Shown: positions 9,251 to 16,984 of the stretch, piece after piece | How the letters are laid out: the number at the start of each line of letters is the position of its first letter | How positions within the stretch are numbered: the first letter of the stretch is position 1 | Source: Dehalococcoidia bacterium | Lineage (GTDB): Bacteria > Chloroflexota > Dehalococcoidia > Lucifugimonadales > SAR202-VII-2 | Direction: 5' to 3' | NCBI GenBank assembly: GCA_965226745.1 | Contig: CBDDDS010000005.1 | Location: 850,389 to 914,388 of the forward strand | DNA length: 64,000 nucleotides | Program-made: the position numbers and the translations under genes | Notes under the pieces: model-generated | Database searches by the model: none | What the model saw: only the letters and a program-made list of their open reading frames with translations | Told to the model about the DNA's origin: nothing

Positions 9251-10243
9251 TTAGTACGGCTCTATGGCCGGAAGCTGGTCGAGAATTCCAGTGTAGTCGG
9301 GAATGGCCAGTTCCAATGGGTAGGCGGGCTCATAGCCCAGCTCGCTGCGGGCGCGGCTGATGTCCAGCCTGCTATAGCCCACCATACCAAGCTGCATGGG
9401 GTCCAGGCCCGGGCCTATCTCGACGTCCGCGTTGGGCATCAACTCGTTGATAGTGTCGACGACCTGCCGGTAGGACTTCAACTCTCCCGAGCTAATGTGA
9501 AAGGTCTTGTGCTCAGGCGTGGCGGCATGGCTAGCGAGGATGCAACTGCGGGCCACGTCCTTCAGATAGACCATTTCGTCTTTCTGGTCACCGCCCTGGG
9601 CCACGCGAACGGGGCGCCCGTAATAGGCCTCTTCGATCCACTTGCCCACCAACTGGCGATTGCCATGGCGAATTCTGCCGGGACCGTAGATCGTGGCGAA
9701 GCGGAGCATCACGACATCCAGCCCCCACATGTCCATGCACTTGTGGAGGTAGTGCTCGCAGAAGACCTTAGTGTCGTTGTAGAGGGTGTGGGTATTGCGG
9801 GGCGGGATTACCGGGGCGTCTTCATCAAGCGGCTTGTAGTCGGGGTGTGCGTGTTCTCCGGTTGGATCGGCCAGAATGCCCTTGGTGCTCGTGAACACAA
9901 GCCGGGGCACGTCGAAGGCCCGCAGAACCTGGACGATGTTGTCCGTGCCTATGATGTTGACCTTCAGCGCCTGGGACGGATTGCCCCGCGCCAGGTCGGG
10001 AAGCATGGCCGCGGTGTGAATGATCCGGTCTACCTTGGTCCGCTTCACGACGTCCATCAGCAGGGACTGGTCGAGCAGGTCCCCGCGGACGTACTCGAAC
10101 TGGCCCTTGATATCCGGCAGAAAGGTGAAGTCGTTGGATACGTCCAGCCCAACGGGGTCCTCGCCCTGCTGGAGCAGCAGGCGGACGACCATTCCTCCCA
10201 TTGAACCGGCTGCACCGGTTACGAGCGCTCGTGAACCTGCCAC
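9251..10243 (-). CDS. NAD-dependent epimerase/dehydratase (extended SDR)
   Basis: 330 aa with GTG start after AGGAGG. Has the Rossmann motif VTGAAGSMGG and the catalytic YNDTK. Confidence 0.85.
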   Translation of the reverse strand: MAGSRALVTGAAGSMGGMVVRLLLQQGEDPVGLDVSNDFTFLPDIKGQFEYVRGDLLDQSLLMDVVKRTKVDRIIHTAAMLPDLARGNPSQALKVNIIGTDNIVQVLRAFDVPRLVFTSTKGILADPTGEHAHPDYKPLDEDAPVIPPRNTHTLYNDTKVFCEHYLHKCMDMWGLDVVMLRFATIYGPGRIRHGNRQLVGKWIEEAYYGRPVRVAQGGDQKDEMVYLKDVARSCILASHAATPEHKTFHISSGELKSYRQVVDTINELMPNADVEIGPGLDPMQLGMVGYSRLDISRARSELGYEPAYPLELAIPDYTGILDQLPAIEPY

Positions 10244-10358
10244 GTTGCCTCCTGTGGGTCCGGCGTTGTCCGGGTAGCCGGCCCATTATACACAAAGCAT
10301 CGCCGCAACCCCGATGGTGCGGGATTGCGGCGATGCTCTTAGCCGGTGTTGGAGCGGA

Positions 10359-11606
10359 TTAGCCGCGCGCTGGCTTGGGGCACGGCAGGCTGGCGCCGTC
10401 GAACTCTTCGACGTGCGTCGTGGCGGGCTTACCGTCCACGAGCTTCACTTCCTTCAGGTAGATCTTCATTATGGAGTCGTTACAGGCGTCGACGCTGAAT
10501 GTTCCGGTCGGCATCTCGAAGGGCTGCTTCATGGCCTGGATAAAGGCATCCGAGTCCTCGACGTTGCCGTCAATGCTCTCGATGGCGGACTTCAAGCGGT
10601 TGACGACTGTGAGCCCGCGCCAGCCGTAGCCCGGCCAGACGTTGAACTTTTCGCGGTATTCCGCCGCCCACTGTTGGAAGGCGGGAGAGGAATGGTTGAT
10701 GGGCGGCAGGTCGAACCAGTTCAGCGAGCCAACGTAGGCTTCGCCAAGTTCAGCCAAGCCGAAGTCGTCCAGCACGAAGGCGTGGCCGAAGGCCATCCGC
10801 AGGTCGTCGGTCAGGCCGAACTCGTGAAGCTGGTTGACCATCCGGATAGCAGGCCCGCCAAACATGGCGCCGGTCAGGAGTTGGGCCTCGTCCGTGTTCA
10901 TCTGGCTGATGTAGGGACCAAAGTCCTGCACAGACAGGGGCACGTAGAACTCCTGGATGACCTCGATGTTGCCACCAGCCAGGATAGTCTTCGTCGCATC
11001 GACAATGTCATGACCGGCCGCGTAGTCTAGGGCCATGATGATGGCCTTCTGAACGCCAAACTTCTCGGCGATGACCTCTCCGATCCTGGGCAGGGCGAAG
11101 TGGTGGCTTGTGGCCGATGTCCTGATGGCATTGGCCGGGGGATAGAAGCTCACCGCCCCCGCCTCTGGAGCCTGCCAGGGGATGCCGGTGGTGCCGATGT
11201 ACTCCTCAATTCCGACCGCCACGCCGCTGTGCACGGGGCCAACGATGACATGAACTTCATCCAACTCAATCAGGCGCTTGGCCTTGTTGAGGGCCACGTC
11301 CAGCTTGCCCTCGGAGTCGACCCAGATGGTCTCCACGGGGCGGCCGGCCATGGTCCTGCCTATTTTGTCCAGCTCGAACTCCAAGGCCTTCTGGTAGACC
11401 TCCATCGTGCCGGCGAAGGGCCCGGTGAGCACGCCCATGATACCGACTTTAATGGGCTCCATGGCCTCCATGGCCTCCATTTGGGGCTGAGTCGCCGTGG
11501 GTTCGGCGTCCCCGTTGTCACCACCTCCGCAGGCCGCCAGGACCAGCATGCCGGCCACCAGCGCAACAAGCAGAAGATGAAATCGTCGAGACAGACGTGC
11601 AATCAT
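10359..11606 (-). CDS. ABC transporter substrate-binding lipoprotein (Leu/Ile/Val-binding, type 1 PBP family)
   Basis: Start set at MIARLSRRF (ATG 11606 after GGAGGGGAG). Signal peptide with lipobox LAAC. Lies in an operon with livHMGF-type genes. Confidence 0.8.
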   Translation of the reverse strand: MIARLSRRFHLLLVALVAGMLVLAACGGGDNGDAEPTATQPQMEAMEAMEPIKVGIMGVLTGPFAGTMEVYQKALEFELDKIGRTMAGRPVETIWVDSEGKLDVALNKAKRLIELDEVHVIVGPVHSGVAVGIEEYIGTTGIPWQAPEAGAVSFYPPANAIRTSATSHHFALPRIGEVIAEKFGVQKAIIMALDYAAGHDIVDATKTILAGGNIEVIQEFYVPLSVQDFGPYISQMNTDEAQLLTGAMFGGPAIRMVNQLHEFGLTDDLRMAFGHAFVLDDFGLAELGEAYVGSLNWFDLPPINHSSPAFQQWAAEYREKFNVWPGYGWRGLTVVNRLKSAIESIDGNVEDSDAFIQAMKQPFEMPTGTFSVDACNDSIMKIYLKEVKLVDGKPATTHVEEFDGASLPCPKPARG

Positions 11607-11760
11607 GCTCCCCTCCAGGAACCGTCTTGACAGGGTGATCCCCGCCCAACTGAAACTAGCGGCATCATAGCAGGCGACAGATAGGCGGTCAATGCAATGC
11701 GAACGAGGCAGCGGGCGACCGATGCCTACTCGCTGTAGTTCCCGTAGAGGCTGCTTCGCG

Positions 11761-11905
11761 TCCCCCATCCTAACCTTGCCCCGGCTACGGGGGAAGGGTT
11801 TTGGTCGCACAACGCCAGGTTGATGGGGGTTATCGTCGGAAGGATATGGAGCCATTCGCGCTTGGCGCCGGTTGCGCAACGGTCACCGGCTACGGGGGAA
11901 GGGCC
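11761..11905. repeat. two dispersed REP-like GC hairpins (CCCC-GGCTAC-GGGG, with the CATCCTAACCTT core in inverted orientation)
   Basis: tcccccatcctaaccttgccccggctacgggggaaggg at 11761 and caccggctacgggggaagggcc at 11884. Same core as the arrays at 16478-16803 and 19925-20765. Confidence 0.7.
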
Positions 11906-11955
11906 GGGACGCTGCTCCCGCCTGGCGCCTGGAGCAGCGTCCCTAGGGAATATAG

Positions 11956-12657
11956 CTAGACACCCAGATACGTCTTCTTAACCTCTTCGTTCTCCCACAA
12001 CTCAGCGGGTTTGCTGTCGTGGACGATCTGGCCCCGGGCCATGACGTAGATGTGGTCGGCCACCCTGAGGGCGAAGCCGAATCGCTGCTCGGTGAGCAGA
12101 ATGGTTACGCCGGTCTGCTTCAGCTCCAACAGGAGGTTCTCTACCTCTTTGACGATAATAGGCGCCAAGCCTTCCGTGGGCTCGTCCATCAACAGAAGGG
12201 TTGGATTGCCCGCCAGAGCCCTGCCGGTGGCCAGCATCTGCTGCTCTCCACCGCTGAGCTTGTTTCCCGCGTGGCCGGCCCGTTCGCCCAGCCTTGGAAA
12301 GAAGTCAATGATGCGTTTCACGTCCCAAATTGGGCCATTGCCCTTGTTCCGGCGAAGGGCAACCTCCAGGTTTTCCCGGACATTCAGGGATGCAAAGATC
12401 CGCCGACCCTGCGGCACCAGAGCGATACCCTGCTTTGCTATCTCGTGGACCGGCTTGTGGGTTATCTCCTGGTCGTTGTAGAAGATGTGCCCCCGCCTGG
12501 GCGGCACGAAGCCGTTGATTGTGTGGAGCAGCGTTGTCTTACCCACCCCATTTCGGCCCAGGAGGGCAGCCACGCTTCCTTCCGGCACCTGAAGGGATAC
12601 GCCCTGGAGAATATAACTGTCACCGTAGTAGGTATGGACGTCCTGAATATCAAGCAT
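11956..12657 (-). CDS. livF: branched-chain amino acid ABC transporter ATP-binding protein (LivF type)
   Basis: 233 aa with Walker A GRNGVGKTT, signature LSGGEQQML and Walker B LLLMDEP. Confidence 0.9.
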   Translation of the reverse strand: MLDIQDVHTYYGDSYILQGVSLQVPEGSVAALLGRNGVGKTTLLHTINGFVPPRRGHIFYNDQEITHKPVHEIAKQGIALVPQGRRIFASLNVRENLEVALRRNKGNGPIWDVKRIIDFFPRLGERAGHAGNKLSGGEQQMLATGRALAGNPTLLLMDEPTEGLAPIIVKEVENLLLELKQTGVTILLTEQRFGFALRVADHIYVMARGQIVHDSKPAELWENEEVKKTYLGV

Positions 12658-13402
12658 CGGTCATCTCATCGCCCAGGTAGATCTGCATGACTCGGGGATC
12701 CTCCCTGATCGCAGCCGGGGTTCCTTCCACTAGGAGTTCACCCAGGTGCAGAACACTGATGAAGTCGGCAACGGCAAAGGCCACGTCGATGTCGTGGGAC
12801 ACCAACAGCATGGCCACGTCTCCCTTGAGCCTTTGAAAGAGAGCAGCCATCGTTGTCCTCTCCGCCTCCGAAAGGCCGGCGGTGGGCTCATCCAAAAGCA
12901 GCACGTGAGGGTTTCCAGCCAGCGCCAGCATGACTTCAAGCTGCCGCTGCTCTCCGTGGGAAAGCTTGCCAACCGGGACGGAATGCTTCTCCCACAGTCC
13001 CCCTTCCTCGAGAATCTCCCGCGCCCGGTCCATCACGGTGTTGAAGGAGGTGGCGGGCCGGTAAATGGCAAACTTGCGGCCCTCCCACGGCTGAAGGGCC
13101 AGCATAACGTTCTGCTCGATGGTCAGGGATGAAAAGAGGCTGGTGATCTGAAACGTGCGTCCGAGGCCCTTCATGGTGCGGGAGTAGGGCGGCGTCTTCG
13201 TGATGTCCTGCCCCTCGAGGAATATCTTCCCCGTCGTTACCGGCAGGGTGCCGCTCAACAAATGAAGGAACGTGGTCTTTCCGGCGCCATTGGGCCCGAT
13301 GATAGCCCGGCACTCCCCCGCCTCCACGCCGATGGTCACGTCGTTCACGGCCTGGAGGCCGCCGAAGATTTTGCCTACGTTCCGGGTCTCCAACGCTTTC
13401 AT
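12650..13402 (-). CDS. livG: branched-chain amino acid ABC transporter ATP-binding protein (LivG type)
   Basis: Start at MKALETRNVGK (ATG 13402 after GGAGG, overlapping the livM stop as ATGA). Has GPNGAGKTT, LSHGEQRQLE and LLLLDEPTAG. An alternative ATG lies at 13414. Confidence 0.85.
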   Translation of the reverse strand: MKALETRNVGKIFGGLQAVNDVTIGVEAGECRAIIGPNGAGKTTFLHLLSGTLPVTTGKIFLEGQDITKTPPYSRTMKGLGRTFQITSLFSSLTIEQNVMLALQPWEGRKFAIYRPATSFNTVMDRAREILEEGGLWEKHSVPVGKLSHGEQRQLEVMLALAGNPHVLLLDEPTAGLSEAERTTMAALFQRLKGDVAMLLVSHDIDVAFAVADFISVLHLGELLVEGTPAAIREDPRVMQIYLGDEMTDA

Positions 13403-14379
13403 GCCGGCCTCCATCGGGCCGCCAACCGGCGCAGACGGCCCACAATCCCATCGCGGGCAAAGAGCATCAGGATGATGTACGTGCCGCCCAGAACCATGAC
13501 CCATCGCTCTGTGTAGATGTTGGCGATCTCCGAGAGAGGGATGATGACGCCCGCTCCCACCAACGGTCCTATGATAGTGCCGGGACCTCCCAAGATTACC
13601 ATCAACAGGACCTCGGCGGAGGGTAACACCTCGGCCCACTGAGCGGACACGGCGCCCACTGAGTAAGCGTTGAGAACCCCGGCCAGCCCGGCAAACACGC
13701 CGGCAATGATGAAGGCGATGTACATATAGAGCCAGGTGTTGTAGCCAAGGGACCGCATGCGCTGTTCGTTCTCTCTGATCCCCTGAAGCGCCAGCCCGAA
13801 CGGCGAGCGGACAATGACAACGAAGGCAACAATGGAAATGACAAGGAAGAACAGCGTGAAATAGTAGTAGTTGATGCCGTCGGTGAGCGACCAGGGAAGG
13901 AATCCAGGCCGCGTCACTCCGGGGAATCCGTCTTCGCCTCCCGTCACGGAACGCCAGGTAAATGCGATGGCCCAGGTGGCCTGGGTCAAGGCCATGGTGA
14001 TCAGGAGGAAGTACGATCCTCGAGCCCTCAACGCCACCAATCCATAGAGAGCGGCCAGCAACCCGGCAATGATGATCGCTCCGAAGATGGCGATGGGGTG
14101 CGGAACATTGTAGGTAACGGTCAGAATCCCAACGGCAAACGCCCCTGTCCCGAAGTATGCCCCCTGCCCGAGCGATGGCAGGCCCGTGTATCCCATGAGC
14201 AGATTCAGGCCTACGGCGAATACAGCGAAGATGATAACCCGCGTCAGCACGCTGACGTAGTATAGGGGGACAAGGTGCGGCAGGATGATGGCCAGAAGGA
14301 GCACGCCCAGCATGGCCAGGGTTGCCTTGCCCAGGACACTGGTAAGACTTCTGTTGCCGACCTGCAGCGTCGCGCTCAA
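13399..14379 (-). CDS. livM: branched-chain amino acid ABC transporter permease (LivM type)
   Basis: Hydrophobic permease. The proposed TTG start at 14379 overlaps the livH stop (TTGA) after AGGGAGAGGGG. The longer ORF reaching 14451 would overlap livH by 76 nt. Confidence 0.75.
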   Translation of the reverse strand: MSATLQVGNRSLTSVLGKATLAMLGVLLLAIILPHLVPLYYVSVLTRVIIFAVFAVGLNLLMGYTGLPSLGQGAYFGTGAFAVGILTVTYNVPHPIAIFGAIIIAGLLAALYGLVALRARGSYFLLITMALTQATWAIAFTWRSVTGGEDGFPGVTRPGFLPWSLTDGINYYYFTLFFLVISIVAFVVIVRSPFGLALQGIRENEQRMRSLGYNTWLYMYIAFIIAGVFAGLAGVLNAYSVGAVSAQWAEVLPSAEVLLMVILGGPGTIIGPLVGAGVIIPLSEIANIYTERWVMVLGGTYIILMLFARDGIVGRLRRLAARWRPA

Positions 14380-15239
14380 GCCCCTCTCCCTAGCAGCCCC
14401 TTGGGCCGCAGCGCTAGGATCACGGCCATGGGAACGTAAATGCTGAACCATGCCAGCTCGGGCACATAGGTCTTCGTCGTCGTGTCGATGAGGGCTACGA
14501 CGATGGCCCCGACAAAGGCGCCCTCGATGCTACCGACACCCCCAACGATAACCACCACGAAGGCCAGGATCAGAACCTCGAAGTCCAAACCGGGGTTGAT
14601 GCCCAGGAAGGGCGCCCCCATGATACCGGCGAATCCGGCCAGGAAGGAGCCCAGCATGAACACGGCGAGGAACACCCGCGGGGTGTTGACGCCGAGGGCC
14701 TGGACCATATCTTTATCGTCGACGCCTGCCCTTACCAGCGCTCCAATCTTCGTCTTGGCGACGAATAGCCAGAGGGACAGGGCCAGCGCCAGCCCGACGC
14801 CCATCAGGAAGAAGCGGTACTTGGGATAGCCGATACCTCCGGGCAGTTCGAACGCGCCTCGCAGGAAGGCGGGGCCGGGAAGGCGGAAGAAGTCGGCGCC
14901 CCAGCTCAGCATGGTGAAGTCGGCTATCAGGAGCAGCGCGCCGAACGTCAGCAGGGCTTGGGGCATCTCATTCGTCACCGAGAAGCGCTTCAGGAAGCCC
15001 CAGTACATGACCCCGCCCGCCACAGCCGCAACGACGGACGACGCGAGGAGGGCAAGCAGCGTGTTGCCCGTTGCGCGCCAGACCGTCAGACCAACGTAGG
15101 CCCCCAGGAGATAGAAGGACCCGTGGGTCATGTTCAGCACGCGCATGAGCCCGAAGGTCAGCGACAGCCCAGCGGCCACCAGGAACAACAGGCTGGCCAG
15201 CGAGGCTGTATTGAGCAACACTTGAGCGAACGTTGTCAT
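14376..15239 (-). CDS. livH: branched-chain amino acid ABC transporter permease (LivH type)
   Basis: 287 aa polytopic protein with the typical LivH N-terminus (LSLTFGLMRVLNMTHGSFY). Confidence 0.9.
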   Translation of the reverse strand: MTTFAQVLLNTASLASLLFLVAAGLSLTFGLMRVLNMTHGSFYLLGAYVGLTVWRATGNTLLALLASSVVAAVAGGVMYWGFLKRFSVTNEMPQALLTFGALLLIADFTMLSWGADFFRLPGPAFLRGAFELPGGIGYPKYRFFLMGVGLALALSLWLFVAKTKIGALVRAGVDDKDMVQALGVNTPRVFLAVFMLGSFLAGFAGIMGAPFLGINPGLDFEVLILAFVVVIVGGVGSIEGAFVGAIVVALIDTTTKTYVPELAWFSIYVPMAVILALRPKGLLGRGA

Positions 15240-15514
15240 AACGTTTCCGGCCCTCGCCTGTTCTCAGTGGCCGCAGGACGCCCAAAGGCACCTGCGAGCG
15301 GGATTCACGGAAGCCAACGAAAGAACGGAGCCTCGGACGCCAAATCTAGGTTGGCATTATAATGATGCCGCCATAGGCTGGCAATACCTGGCGCCCTTAC
15401 CAGCGGCGGCGCGACGGTTTTCGCTCGAAAAGGTTTCTCGCAAACCATCTTTCGCCGCTGGGCAGGCGCTCCGGAGCGGAGCGTCCCCACCCAAGCCAAT
15501 GAGGAGAAAGGTCC

Positions 15515-16330
15515 ATGCCGGAGTTCACCGGCCTTGAGGTCATCCGCCGGGGAGAGACCGTGCGAGTCAACTGCCCCAGGCTCGATTCCGAGCTGGTCCA
15601 GGAGCTGCTCGGGGTCGGATGCCACTCGGTGTCGTGGGGCGCCGACAGCGTCTCCTTTGTCCTGGGCGCCGAGGATTTGGAGCGGTTTAGGAAGATCTAC
15701 GAAGGCGGCGGTCACGCGGCCATCGACCTGCCGTTTCTCGTCCTGGCATACTACGACTTCATCTCCCCCTTCGCCTACGTCGCCACCGAGCTGGTCAAGC
15801 CCGTGGAGGCCGAGTTCAACGTCCACGTTGAGTGGCGCGCCTTCGAGCTGCGGCCCCGCTGGCGCCAGTATCCGGACGTTACCGCCGACTCGGCGCGCTC
15901 CCAGGCGCGTTGGGCCATGCAGAAAGACGCGGCCCGGCGCTATGGGTTGCCCATCGCCGAGGACCGCCCTCCCTTCCGCCTCCGGACGCGCCCCGCATTG
16001 ATGGCCGCTGAGTACGCCAGGGAACATGGGCGCTTCCGGGAGTTCCAACGGGCCATGTTCAATGCCTTCTACGTCACCCATGAGGACATTCGGAATCTCT
16101 CGGTAATTGCAGAGATCGCCGGGGGCCTTGGCTTGGATGGACAAGCGTTGGCGGCCGCGGTAATGGAGCGCCGCTACGAGGCCCGGATAGAGCAGTGGCG
16201 CCGCGAGGCGCTGGCGGACCTAGTCTTCGGGGTGCCGACATTCAAGATAGGCCCAACGGTCATCTGGGGACGAGAGCCCGTCGAGGACATACGAAAGGCC
16301 CTGGAGGAAGCGGGCGCATCCAGGAGATAG
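15515..16330 (+). CDS. DsbA-like thioredoxin-fold protein (2-hydroxychromene-2-carboxylate isomerase/FrnE-like) with an N-terminal extension
   Basis: 271 aa with ATG after GAGGAG. Has the YYDFISPFAY motif (Ser in place of CxxC, as in HCCA isomerases) and the GVPTF...WG C-terminal motif. Confidence 0.7.
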   Translation: MPEFTGLEVIRRGETVRVNCPRLDSELVQELLGVGCHSVSWGADSVSFVLGAEDLERFRKIYEGGGHAAIDLPFLVLAYYDFISPFAYVATELVKPVEAEFNVHVEWRAFELRPRWRQYPDVTADSARSQARWAMQKDAARRYGLPIAEDRPPFRLRTRPALMAAEYAREHGRFREFQRAMFNAFYVTHEDIRNLSVIAEIAGGLGLDGQALAAAVMERRYEARIEQWRREALADLVFGVPTFKIGPTVIWGREPVEDIRKALEEAGASRR

Positions 16331-16477
16331 GCATAGGGAACGCCTGAACAACTCCCTGTAGGCCGGACTGAGTTGACTGTGGGGGTCTTACGGAGACGTT
16401 CAGCCGCTCCACGGCGCTGCGACAGGGGTTGTTGGGGCCGGTTGAAGGCCCCAGCCCGGGCGATTCCCCACCTCCCA

Positions 16478-16803
16478 TCCCCGCCCCGTACTCAGGGGCG
16501 GCCTAGCAATCGTCCCCCTCTGCAATGAGCAAGGTCAGGATGCGCTCCCCCTCCGTTCCCCAAGCAGGGCGCAGGGGGCTGCTCTGTCCCTTCCCCTGTA
16601 CTCGGGGGAAGGTTAGGATGGGGGTCCCCGGCCCGCCAAGGTAAGCAAACGACGCCCCCCTCCTTTCCCCCAGCAGGGTGCAGGGGGCGCAGCCCCCGCC
16701 GGGGGTACAGCGAGTCCCCCTGTTTCTAAAAACGTTGGAGGGTGGGACGGTGGGACAACGGCGCACGCCAAGCCAGACCCTTCGCTGATGGAGGGCGCAG
16801 GCC
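16478..16803 (+). repeat. REP-like array upstream of the methyltransferase: about 2 'A' units plus 1 'B' module
   Basis: A units carry the hairpin CCCC-TGTACTC-GGGG followed by GAAGGTTAGGATGGGGG. The B module (16671-16803) is cagcagggtgcaggg...aaaaacgttggagggtggg...ggagggcgcaggcc. The same modules, in the same orientation, recur at 19925-20765. Confidence 0.85.
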
Positions 16804-16984
16804 AAAACGAAATCCTTCCTCCCATCCCTCCCCGCCCCCTGCCTGAGTGAACGCCGCCGCGGATGGGGAGCGTCAGGCGGCGGTTGTCCAATCGAGGGTG
16901 GGCCAACTAGACTGCGGGTATGGTGCAACGCAGCCTGAGCTTCGACCGCGGATTTGACGATTGCCCCTATATTGACCGGTTGAG

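Noticed and set aside
10359-11879. N-terminal 91-aa extension of the substrate-binding protein ORF.
   Set aside because: The extension crosses REP-like hairpins and has no protein character. The lipoprotein signal peptide with a good RBS begins at 11606.
15305-16144. Long antisense or overlapping ORFs typical of high-GC DNA. These include 15305..16144-, 4224..5435+, 6381..7076+, 9248..10204+, 16967..17872-, 29705..30757+, 34320..35342+, 35240..36244-, 36120..37571+, 44772..45938+, 55112..56308+ and 57947..58987-.
   Set aside because: Each lies opposite a gene with clear family motifs. Their translations are Arg/Gly/Pro/His-rich with no recognisable domains. They are shadow ORFs.
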